Origin: Trueperaceae bacterium
Lineage (GTDB): Bacteria; Deinococcota; Deinococci; Deinococcales; Trueperaceae
DNA: 64,000 nucleotides
Direction: 5' to 3'
NCBI GenBank assembly: GCA_965214405.1
Contig: OZ243956.1
Span: 64,001 to 128,000, forward strand
In this document: piece by piece, positions 20,789-28,967 of the stretch
Numbering within the stretch: position 1 is the first letter of the stretch
Layout: every line of letters starts with the position of its first letter
Program-made: the position numbers and the translations under genes
Notes under the pieces: generated by a model
The model's database searches: none
What the model was told of the DNA's origin: nothing
The model's input: only the letters and a program-made list of their open reading frames with translations

Positions 20789-21853
20789 ATCCCGGTCATC
20801 CCACCGTTAGAGGGGCTTACGCTTCTCCACCTTGACGACGATCCCGCGGTGCGGACGCTCGTCAGGGCGTTTTTAGAGCGTCACAATGTTCGGGTAAAAA
20901 GCGCAGCGGACGCAGCTACCGCACGTTCTATTCTAGAAGAAAGTTTACCCGACGTGATTTTATGTGACGTGCTCATGCCCGGCGTGGACGGGCACGCGTT
21001 TCACGAGGCGGTGCGTTCGGTTCCGGCCTGGCGCGGCCTCCCCTTTATCTACGTGACGGCGCTGGGCGGGCACGGGGACTACCGCCGCGGCATGAACAAG
21101 GGCGCGGACGGCTACTTGAGCAAACCCTTTAGCGAGGCCAAACTCTTGAGAGAGATTGGATTTGTGTTGGAGCGCCACCACGCCATCCTGGAGCAACCGG
21201 CGTCCATCACCCTGCTGGGTGGGCAGAGCGTGAGAAAGGGCGCGGCGCTTCTTTCGGCCCCCGACCGGGGTGCGGAAGGGCTGGTGTTCTACCTGCTGAC
21301 GCACCCGGACGGCGCGGCGGGGGTTGCGGTGGACCGCGATACGGTCCTGAGCGAGGTCTGGGGCGGGTTGTCAAAAAGCGGCTTTCGCAGCGTGCTGTCG
21401 CGCGCGCGGCGCTGGAGCGAGCCCTGGGCGGACTGGTCGGTAAACGGCGGCGCGCTCCGGCTTATACCCAAGGCGAGCGTTCGCTGCGACCTTTATGAGC
21501 TCGAGGCCGCCCTCCACGCGCCTAATAGCAGGGACGACGGCAGGGAAAGGGGCACCCTTGGCTCGAGCCGCTTGGCCGCCCTCTACCCCGGCCCGCTGCT
21601 TCCCGCTTATCACGACGCCTGGGCCGAAGAGCGCCGTCACGCGCTTCAAAACCGCGTCAAAGGGGTTTTTCTGGCTCTCGCGGGGGAAGACGTGACGAGC
21701 GCAGCTTACCGTGAGGGCTTGCGGCGCGCGCTCGAGCTTGACCCGTTCGACTTCGCGCTTTGGGAAAGTTATATAAACGCCCTGGAAGCCGCCAATCTCC
21801 AGGAGGAAGCCGCGCGGGCCAGGGGAAAGCGGGAACGGGAACAGTTCGGCTAA
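20789..21853 (+). CDS. Response regulator (REC + winged helix + BTAD/SARP-like)
   Basis: LLHLDDD (upstream of the listed GTG at 20849), PDVILCDVLMPGVDG, GADGYLSKPF, ALELDPF; start placed at the in-frame ATC behind a perfect SD. Confidence 0.8.
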   Translation: MPVIPPLEGLTLLHLDDDPAVRTLVRAFLERHNVRVKSAADAATARSILEESLPDVILCDVLMPGVDGHAFHEAVRSVPAWRGLPFIYVTALGGHGDYRRGMNKGADGYLSKPFSEAKLLREIGFVLERHHAILEQPASITLLGGQSVRKGAALLSAPDRGAEGLVFYLLTHPDGAAGVAVDRDTVLSEVWGGLSKSGFRSVLSRARRWSEPWADWSVNGGALRLIPKASVRCDLYELEAALHAPNSRDDGRERGTLGSSRLAALYPGPLLPAYHDAWAEERRHALQNRVKGVFLALAGEDVTSAAYREGLRRALELDPFDFALWESYINALEAANLQEEAARARGKREREQFG

Positions 21854-22266
21854 AACGTTTCAACCGCCGAATTGACTCAGCTCATATCCCCATATTCACC
21901 GAGCGCCTAAACAACCCTTTGAACCGAAAAGGCAGCGCAGCTTGCCCGCGGCAAGAAGGAGGGTGCGGGCGCAGGATTCACATTTTTCCAGCCGCAAGAA
22001 ACGCTGGGTTAGGAAGCGCAAAGAGGAGACTAAACGCCTAGCGCCCGCTCCCACCCGCGGGCGCTACCTTTTCGGCGGTTTATGCGGTTAAATGGAAACC
22101 ATGAGCACAGTTGCCGAGAGGGGTAAAGCGGTTTTCGGAGGTGAGTTTGCCAAGGTAGGCATTACTTTCTAAACTGCGTACCCGTGACGCCGTCCGCTAC
22201 CCGGCGACGGCGACGTATGAGCTAAACCTCGCTCAAAAGGGACGAGACCTGCTATAAAGGAGGAGT

Positions 22267-22593
22267 GTGAACCAGTCAGCGCGCACCAAAACCAGCGTGA
22301 ACGTTTATAAGCATCCGCACGTCGAAGAACTCGAGACCCTCTCGCACAAGGTCCACCTGCTCATGGGGCGCATCGAGCACGACCCCCTCTTGCCCCTCTT
22401 GAAACGGCGCAACCCGTCGATTACCGGGGTGCTCGAGCGGGCGGCGGGGCGCTTAGAGGGAACCACCGAACTCTGCAGCCTTGACGAGGTGAAAGTGGCC
22501 GTTGCCGGATACGAGGGCGTGTTGAGAGAGCTCGAGCGCGTCCGGGCCATCCTCAACGATCTGGGCGTGCGAGGGTCGGCCAAAGGAGCCTAG
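22267..22593 (+). CDS. Hypothetical alpha-helical protein
   Basis: Strong SD AAGGAGGAG before GTG; resembles the next ORF. Confidence 0.7.
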   Translation: MNQSARTKTSVNVYKHPHVEELETLSHKVHLLMGRIEHDPLLPLLKRRNPSITGVLERAAGRLEGTTELCSLDEVKVAVAGYEGVLRELERVRAILNDLGVRGSAKGA

Positions 22594-22594
22594 C

Positions 22595-22852
22595 ATGAAA
22601 CGCAGCAGCGAGTTTGAAACGCTCCTAAAAAGCGTTCACGAACACATAAAAACGATAGAAAACAATCCCGACTGGCCCGAACTCAAAAGGCGCGAGCCCG
22701 CGCTTACGGCGGTGATGACTCGGGCGGAGGAATTCAAGGCGAGCGCGGACCCCCGCAACGAGGAGGAGCTAGACGCGTGTACCGAGGAAGCCCGTACGCT
22801 CGTTGAGGCTTTAGAGGGTTTGCGCGGGCAACTCGCCCAAATGGGCAGCTAG
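22595..22852 (+). CDS. Hypothetical alpha-helical protein (paralog of the preceding ORF)
   Basis: AAGGAG SD; 1 nt after the previous stop; shared motif. Confidence 0.7.
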   Translation: MKRSSEFETLLKSVHEHIKTIENNPDWPELKRREPALTAVMTRAEEFKASADPRNEEELDACTEEARTLVEALEGLRGQLAQMGS

Positions 22853-22985
22853 CGTTGCAACGTTAGTGTGAACGTCACCGCGATCACCACGCCGAACGTC
22901 ACAGTAAAGGTCACAGTATAACGTCGGTCGTGCGGGCGCGTTTAGCGGCGAGGGAGCTCTCTACAGCCCTTGACCACGTCATCTG

Positions 22986-23582
22986 TTAGTTGAGCTGCGT
23001 CTCGAGCGTGCGCGGTCCCGCCCTCTGTTTATCGACTGGGGGTCGCGCTTCGTCGGGGGTAATGATGGGAGCGAGAAGTGCGTGGACGGTCCTGAGCGCG
23101 TAGCTTTGCCTCTCGGGCAGCCATAAGAGGGGCAGGTCGGCCCCGCGAAAGGCGGCCTCGAGGCGCGCGCGCCGCTTTTCACTCGCTTGTTTATGTATCC
23201 CGGACGGGTGTTCGGACTCCAAATTGATGGCGCAAAGCACGGACAAGTCGCTCGCCCGGCAGACGACGTAGTCCACCTGACCCTGTAGAAGCCGCCGCGC
23301 ACGCCTCCCAAAGAGGCCGGGTCCGAGCTCTAAAACCTCGGCCACGCGCACCTTGCCGAAAATACGGTAGTTGCTCCCCAGGGCTTTGTCGAGCGCACCC
23401 AAAAGAGCACGTTCGGTGGGCGAAAAAAAGATCGTCCTCTGGACGCGTAGTCCCTTTGGCACCTTGGACGCTCTTGACAAGAGCGCCACAATACCGACGA
23501 CCAGAAGCAGGGCCACGACGAGCGCGGTGAGGAGCGCGGCGGGCAGAAAAAAGGAGGATTCGGCAAAGCGTGTAACGTCCAC
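22986..23582 (-). CDS. DUF2726 domain membrane-anchored protein
   Basis: N-terminal TM helix; FSPTERAL, IFGKVRVAEV, VDYVVC, AGLPLL-like motifs. Confidence 0.7.
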   Translation of the reverse strand: MDVTRFAESSFFLPAALLTALVVALLLVVGIVALLSRASKVPKGLRVQRTIFFSPTERALLGALDKALGSNYRIFGKVRVAEVLELGPGLFGRRARRLLQGQVDYVVCRASDLSVLCAINLESEHPSGIHKQASEKRRARLEAAFRGADLPLLWLPERQSYALRTVHALLAPIITPDEARPPVDKQRAGPRTLETQLN

Positions 23583-23866
23583 GGGAGTCCTTTCACGAAG
23601 AGAACGGAGCTGGCGTTAAGATGAAAGTTCTCTTAGAAAGAGTGTGCAACAGTCTCACGGTTTTGTCTGTGAGGAGTTAGCTGAGGCCTCCGTTCACGGC
23701 TTCACAAGCATGACTCACGCCTTGACCGTGCTAAGGTAGACGCCTACAAAAACTTGGAAGCTCCGTTACGGCTGGTTAACATGCTCGAGACCCCCTCACT
23801 ACCCTCTAATGCTCACACCACACCTGAGCAGAGCCTTCTTTGTGGCTCGTTTAAGTTGGCGGCCGC

Positions 23867-26800
23867 GTGAGCCGTACTCTTGGCAAGGCGCAACGGCTCA
23901 CCGAACTGCTCGAGCTTCTCAAGCTCAAAGCCTGGACGAGCCGCGAACTCGCGGAACGCTTCGGGGTGCCCATCCGCACGGTTCAGCGCGACCTAGACAC
24001 GTTACGCGAGAGCGGGCATGGGGTCGCAACCTCAGAGGATTTCCGCCACCGCCTCACGCCGACGGGTTCGTCGCTTAACGCCGTCGAAGGACTCGCAGTT
24101 CACGCGGCGGTAAGGCTCTTGTACCACCACTCACCTACCCAGAACCGGTATTACCGCTCGGCTTTGGAGAAGCTGGCGGCGCTGCTGCCCGAACCTGCCA
24201 GGGGAATCGCGGCGGCGAGTGCGCAAGACCTGAAAGTGCGCCCCGGTGACGACCGGACTTTGGAGTTGGTCGCGCGGGCCTGGTTCGAGGGCAAAGTTCT
24301 GCGGTTCAAGTACCTCGCCCCGGATAGTTTTGAACCTGCCTGGCGCGAGTTGGAAACATATCTGCTCGAGGTCAGCCGCACTAACTTGGCCCTTTACGCC
24401 ATCGGTCAGGAGCGCACGTTCAACCAGGTGCTCACCTTCAAATTGTCCCGTATGAGCGATGTTCGTGTTTCGGACGATGCCTACGCCATCCCTGAAAGCT
24501 TTGCGCCGAGCGAATACTTGAGCGCTGCTTGGGGCGTGATGGGTGGGCAAGGGGACAAGGTGGCTAAAGTGCGCTTGCGCTTTGAGCCCGAAGCCGCCTC
24601 CCGCATCAAAGAGGGCGGCTATCCCAATTTGAGGGTAGAGAGGGAACTAGCGGACGGCTCGCTCGAGGTCGAAATCAAAGCAGGCACCGACAACACGGGC
24701 TTTCCAAAAGAACTCCTCCCCTGGGTACAGAGCTGGGGGCCACGGGTCGATGTTCTTGCGCCCAAGGCGCTGCGCGAACGCTGGCTGAGCGAGGCCGGTG
24801 CCGTCGCGTTGAGGCACCCTCACTTAAAAACGAGGCTCGCGTCACTAGATGACGCACCCAAAGGACAGACTGAACCTATGACGAATCTTTCAGCGAAGGC
24901 GGCGGCCCTGTGGGCCAAGAGTGGTGAAGACGAGCAGGGCTATAGCCTCGTGGGACACTTGTTGGACGTGGCGGCGGTGGCGCACGCCCTGCTCGAGCGC
25001 GAACCCCCGCAGACCCTGCGGCTTTACGCGGAGGATGTGGGGCTCGAGCCCGGCGACGCTAAGAAATGGATAGCGGCACTGGCGGGCTTACACGACATCG
25101 GCAAGGCGACCCCGGCCTTTCAGCGGCAGTGGGAACCGGGACGGCTGGTGGTCGAGGCAGCGGGGCTTACGTTTAGCAAGGGCGACAAGGGCACCGCACA
25201 CGGAAAACTCTCGCAGAAAATCTTGCAAGACGAGCTCAAAATCTACGGTTTAGGTAAGAGGCTCGCCGCTCAAGTTGCCGACGCCGTAGGCGCACATCAC
25301 GGTCTGCGAACCGCGAAGGGCGACTTGTCAGACAACGTCGTTCCGCAACAAGACATGGGCAACAATGCGTGGCAAGAAACCCGGCAAGAGCTGCTAACCG
25401 AGTTTCTAAAGGCCGTAGAAGTCGTTCAAATCTCACCCCCGATCACCGCCGCACTCACGGGCCAGGGCTTTATCCGATTAGCAGGCTTGACCAGCTTTGC
25501 CGATTGGATTGGCTCGACAGTTGACTTTTTTCCTACCGACCGCAAAGTAGAGAATTTGAGAGAGCACTTTCTCGACTCGTTGCTAAGGGCGCGCAAGGCC
25601 CTGAACGCGATAGGCTGGGAGCGCCGCGAGCCTTTAGCGGCGGAACCTCGAGCCTTCAACACCATCTTTCCTTTTGAGCCCAACGGTCTTCAAAAGCAAA
25701 TCGTCAACCTTGTCGAGCAAACGCGTGAACCCTCTCTTCTCATCGTCGAAGCGCCGATGGGGGAAGGAAAAACGGAGGCTGCCTTCTACGCCCACGTCAC
25801 TTTGCAACGGCAGTTGGGGCACCGAGGCTTGTACGTGGCGCTGCCCACGCAGGCAACGGGTAACGCCATGTTTGAGCGCACCAAAAACCTTCTCAGCACC
25901 TTCGAGCGCGACACGCCACCCGACTTGCAGCTTTTACACGGCTCGAGCCTGCTCAACGACGCTTACGCCACCATCCAAATCAAGGATGTAGATGGAGTGG
26001 ACAACACAGAGAGCGAGGTGTGGGCCAGAACCTGGTTCACCAGCAAAAAGCGGGCGCTGCTTTCGGAAAACGGGGTGGGCACGGTTGACCAGGCGCTCCT
26101 CAGCGTTCTAAACATCAAACATCAATTTGTGCGCCTGTGGGGATTGGGTAACCGCACGGTTGTTTTGGATGAAGTCCACGCGTATGAGCTTTACACGAGC
26201 AAGCTCATTGAGCGCCTAGTCTGCTGGCTGCACGCGCTCGGCTCGTCGGTCATCATCATGAGCGCGACGCTGCCCACCGCCAAACGACTAGATTTAGTCA
26301 AAGCCTTTGGCGGCGGCGCGGCCGAGGAGCCCGTCTCTTACCCACGCATCACGCAGGTGCTGGGCGGAGAGACCAAGGAGGTTTCGTTCTCGGTGAGAGA
26401 GCAGAAGCCTATGAGCTTGAAAAGGGTCAGCCTAGATCTCGAGACGGTAGCAAACCTTCTCACAGGCTTGATGACGGACGGCGGTTGCTCGGTGGCTATT
26501 CTAAACACGGTGCAGCGGGCGCAAACTCTTTACAGCCTGTTTGGGGAGGGTGAAGGTCTTGAGGCCGGAAAGCGTTTACCCGACGGCACCGAGGTCTATC
26601 TGTTCCACGCCCGTTATCCGGCGGAGGAGCGGAAAAAGCGGGAGGAGGCGGTGCTGGGGAAGTTCGGCAAGGGCGGAGAGCGCCCAGCCAAGGCCATTCT
26701 CATCGCCACGCAGGTGGTTGAGCAGAGTTTAGACCTTGATTTTGACGTGATGGTGAGCGACTTAGCGCCCGTCGATTTGCTCTTGCAGCGTGCCGGACGG

Positions 26801-27556
26801 ATGCACCGCCACGAGCGCGAACGTCCCGCCGCCCACGCGTCGCCCGTCCTTTACGTGGCAGGGCTGACCGACGCCGAGACGCTACCGGATGTCAGCAGCG
26901 AATACTTCGATTGGGTTTACGAAGCGTTCACGCTTTACATGACGTGGTGGACCTTGGCTGATAAGGAAGTTATTGCGTTACCTGAAGACTTTGAGCCGCT
27001 TATCAAAGCCGTATACGGCGAAACCGATTTTACGGCGCTGCCGGATTTCGCCCGTGAGGTGGTTGAGCAAAGCCGCGCGGACCAGGAAGGAGAAGCCGAC
27101 ACCCACAAGCGAAAAGCTGTCAGCTCAGCTAACGTGATACCTCTGCCAAACATCTACCCGACCACCGACGGCGTCAGTTCGGTTGTCAAGAGCGAGGACG
27201 ACGAAGACCCCAGCCTTCACGAGCACTACCGGCCCGCGACGCGTCTGGGCGATCCCAGCGTCACGGTCATCCCCTTACATAAAAAGGATGACAAGCTTTA
27301 CCTCGAGCCCTCCTACGAAACCGAAATCGTGTTGAACAAGGAACCCTCATGGCAAGCGGCGAGAACCCTCTATCTGCAACACCTCAAGCTGAGCCGTAAA
27401 GGTCTTGTGTTCGAGCTTGTTAAATATCCAGTACCCGCTTGGCAGAAGCAACCGCTGCTGCGTTACTGCTTCCCGCTCACTTTTGAGGAGAGGGTGGCAG
27501 TGGTTGGGAAATTGACCCTTCGCTATGACGATGCGCTAGGGATTGTGTATGGGTAG
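23867..27556 (+). CDS. cas3: HTH-WYL-WCX regulator fused in frame to type I-E Cas3 (HD nuclease + SF2 helicase)
   Basis: aa 1-~320: ELAERFGVPIRTVQRDLDTL HTH, WYL core (LYAIG..TFKLSRM), WCX (VRLRF..WVQSWGPRVDVLAPKALRE). From M338: WAKS, HLLDV, LHDIGK, AHHG, ADWIGS, APMGEGKT, DEVH, SAT, QRAGRMHRH. Confidence 0.92.
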   Translation: MSRTLGKAQRLTELLELLKLKAWTSRELAERFGVPIRTVQRDLDTLRESGHGVATSEDFRHRLTPTGSSLNAVEGLAVHAAVRLLYHHSPTQNRYYRSALEKLAALLPEPARGIAAASAQDLKVRPGDDRTLELVARAWFEGKVLRFKYLAPDSFEPAWRELETYLLEVSRTNLALYAIGQERTFNQVLTFKLSRMSDVRVSDDAYAIPESFAPSEYLSAAWGVMGGQGDKVAKVRLRFEPEAASRIKEGGYPNLRVERELADGSLEVEIKAGTDNTGFPKELLPWVQSWGPRVDVLAPKALRERWLSEAGAVALRHPHLKTRLASLDDAPKGQTEPMTNLSAKAAALWAKSGEDEQGYSLVGHLLDVAAVAHALLEREPPQTLRLYAEDVGLEPGDAKKWIAALAGLHDIGKATPAFQRQWEPGRLVVEAAGLTFSKGDKGTAHGKLSQKILQDELKIYGLGKRLAAQVADAVGAHHGLRTAKGDLSDNVVPQQDMGNNAWQETRQELLTEFLKAVEVVQISPPITAALTGQGFIRLAGLTSFADWIGSTVDFFPTDRKVENLREHFLDSLLRARKALNAIGWERREPLAAEPRAFNTIFPFEPNGLQKQIVNLVEQTREPSLLIVEAPMGEGKTEAAFYAHVTLQRQLGHRGLYVALPTQATGNAMFERTKNLLSTFERDTPPDLQLLHGSSLLNDAYATIQIKDVDGVDNTESEVWARTWFTSKKRALLSENGVGTVDQALLSVLNIKHQFVRLWGLGNRTVVLDEVHAYELYTSKLIERLVCWLHALGSSVIIMSATLPTAKRLDLVKAFGGGAAEEPVSYPRITQVLGGETKEVSFSVREQKPMSLKRVSLDLETVANLLTGLMTDGGCSVAILNTVQRAQTLYSLFGEGEGLEAGKRLPDGTEVYLFHARYPAEERKKREEAVLGKFGKGGERPAKAILIATQVVEQSLDLDFDVMVSDLAPVDLLLQRAGRMHRHERERPAAHASPVLYVAGLTDAETLPDVSSEYFDWVYEAFTLYMTWWTLADKEVIALPEDFEPLIKAVYGETDFTALPDFAREVVEQSRADQEGEADTHKRKAVSSANVIPLPNIYPTTDGVSSVVKSEDDEDPSLHEHYRPATRLGDPSVTVIPLHKKDDKLYLEPSYETEIVLNKEPSWQAARTLYLQHLKLSRKGLVFELVKYPVPAWQKQPLLRYCFPLTFEERVAVVGKLTLRYDDALGIVYG
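24839..24871 (+). promoter_or_regulatory. Putative WYL-regulator site and internal promoter for cas3, inside the fusion linker
   Basis: Perfect palindrome GCGTCA-CTAGA-TGACGC, N10, CAGACT, then N6 and the in-frame ATG at 24878; near-identical copy upstream of cas8e. Confidence 0.6.
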
Positions 27557-27606
27557 CTTTACCCAGAAGCCTTGTTATGGTTGCTGTGCAAGCGCGGAAG
27601 TTAGCC

Positions 27607-27635
27607 TTGACTAACCTCCCTATTTCGACTACTAT
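27607..27635 (+). promoter_or_regulatory. Sigma70 promoter of the TA operon
   Basis: TTGACT-N17-TACTAT; SD GAGGA before GTG 27651. Confidence 0.65.
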
Positions 27636-27650
27636 GCTATCGAGGACGTA

Positions 27651-28010
27651 GTGAGCTCTACGCCGTACATCGTTTACGAGTACGAGGACGAAAATGGTTA
27701 CTCCGAGTTTCGGGAGTGGCGCAAGGCGCTTAGACGCTCCAATCCTAGAGCTTCTGCGAAAGTCGATTGGCTCATCGCGCTGCTCGAGGACAAAGGTACA
27801 ACACTGTCGTTTCCCTACGTCAGTCATATAGACGGGCCGATTTATGAACTGCGCGGTAAAACCGGACGTAACACCGTACGCATTTATTACTGGCAACAGG
27901 ACAAAGAGGTATTCATCGCCGCCGCGGGCGAGGTGAAGCAGCAGAACCAAGCTGACCGCAAGCTTATTAGGAAAGCTTTGGCAGCTTACGAGGAATATAA
28001 CAAGGAGTAA
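27651..28010 (+). CDS. RelE/HigB-like (Gp49-type) toxin
   Basis: GPIYELR...NTVRIYY motifs; toxin-first order before an XRE gene. Confidence 0.8.
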   Translation: MSSTPYIVYEYEDENGYSEFREWRKALRRSNPRASAKVDWLIALLEDKGTTLSFPYVSHIDGPIYELRGKTGRNTVRIYYWQQDKEVFIAAAGEVKQQNQADRKLIRKALAAYEEYNKE

Positions 28011-28014
28011 CGCC

Positions 28015-28410
28015 ATGCCAAAACGTCCCTTGAAACGAGCGAGCGACCTAAGCCAAGAGTTTTTGCAAGACCCCGGTTACGCTGCTCTATACCGTGAGGT
28101 CGCTAACGAAGAGATTGGAGCGGCGCTGCGCACAGTGCGCGAGGCTAAGGGGTTAAGCCAGCGTGAGGTTGCCGAGCGCATGGGCGTGACGCGTCCACGT
28201 GTGTCGCAGATTGAAAGTGTCGAGGGTACGGCGTTGGCGCTCGAGGTGCTCAGCCGCTACGCCCGCGCGGTAGGGTGCCGCCTCGACATCACTTTGAAAG
28301 ACGCCGAGACCAACCATGAGGTTGCTGCGCTGTTTGTACCAACGCTCGAGGCTACCGCGCCAAAACCGCCCGGCGCGGAGCCTTATGAAAAAGCAGAGGG
28401 GGTAGCCTGA
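28015..28410 (+). CDS. XRE-family HTH antitoxin (HigA-like)
   Basis: LRTVREAKGLSQREVAERMGVTRPRVSQIES HTH; 4 nt after the toxin stop. Confidence 0.85.
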   Translation: MPKRPLKRASDLSQEFLQDPGYAALYREVANEEIGAALRTVREAKGLSQREVAERMGVTRPRVSQIESVEGTALALEVLSRYARAVGCRLDITLKDAETNHEVAALFVPTLEATAPKPPGAEPYEKAEGVA

Positions 28411-28465
28411 AAGATAGTTCCGCACCACGTAGGCACAACGGTTATGGGTAGAATGAGTTTGAAAC

Positions 28466-28555
28466 ATTTTCCCTACACGCGTGGGGATGAACCTTAGTAA
28501 TTCCACCTGTGGACGTAATAGTGAATATCCTCCCCACACCAGTGGGGCTGCGGTT
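28466..28555 (+). ncRNA. CRISPR mini-array / crRNA-like regulatory RNA (two degenerate repeats + 32-nt spacer)
   Basis: psiR1 ATTTTCCCTACACGCGTGGGGATGAACCT (28466-28494), spacer TAGTAATTCCACCTGTGGACGTAATAGTGAAT (28495-28526), psiR2 ATCCTCCCCACACCAGTGGGGCTGCGGTT (28527-28555); same 29+32 period and hairpin as the main array. Confidence 0.88.
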
Positions 28556-28562
28556 GGTGGGT

Positions 28563-28623
28563 AAGTAGTAATTCCACCTGTGGATGTAAAGCCTTGACTC
28601 CGATACTGTCCCGTGTGTATAGT
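28563..28623 (+). promoter_or_regulatory. AAG PAM + partial protospacer overlapping a sigma70 promoter
   Basis: AAG 28563-28565; TAGTAATTCCACCTGTGGATGTAA (28566-28589) matches 23/24 of the spacer 5' part; TTGACT 28594-28599, N18, TATAGT 28618-28623. Confidence 0.82.
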
Positions 28624-28776
28624 GAAAAAGCGTGGCTGGGGCCTACCGCGAAATAGTCACCCCACCACGCCTCAAGGGACATGCCCTCTGAATCCGATTT
28701 TACCTTAGCTTTGGCACAAATTCAAAGGGCGTCCACTTTAACGTAGGGAGGTTTCCACCTCTCGGACGGGAGTAAC

Positions 28777-28962
28777 GTGTTAGACCTCGAGGACACCACC
28801 TACCAAGCGTTTAGGGACAGCCTGTATCAGGTTGACGAGCGAGACCGCGCCGTGCTGTGGGAGTTCTGGCCCCACTTTCAATCGGCTTTGAACTCTCGAC
28901 ATGGAGAGTGGCAGAAGCTGACGTTAACGGGCTCGCTCGATGACGACGATGTAGACCGTTAA
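28777..28962 (+). CDS. 61-aa acidic small protein, candidate CRISPR-repressed toxin
   Basis: GGGAG SD-like sequence before GTG; lies between the targeted promoter and a terminator; no family recognised. Confidence 0.5.
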   Translation: MLDLEDTTYQAFRDSLYQVDERDRAVLWEFWPHFQSALNSRHGEWQKLTLTGSLDDDDVDR

Positions 28963-28967
28963 CCGTG

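Noticed and set aside
27477..28016. 179-aa minus-strand ORF with an apparent lipobox
   Set aside because: Fully antisense to the RelE-like toxin and the cas3 end; likely a shadow ORF.
28566..28597. Lethal autoimmunity from the self-matching spacer
   Set aside because: Eight consecutive PAM-distal mismatches should block R-loop locking and Cas3 loading; repression fits better.
28494..28682. 62-aa minus-strand ORF over the mini-array, and the 128-aa ORF 28153-28539
   Set aside because: Antisense to better-supported features; no SD or recognisable motif; the internal repeat just reflects the spacer/target duplication.
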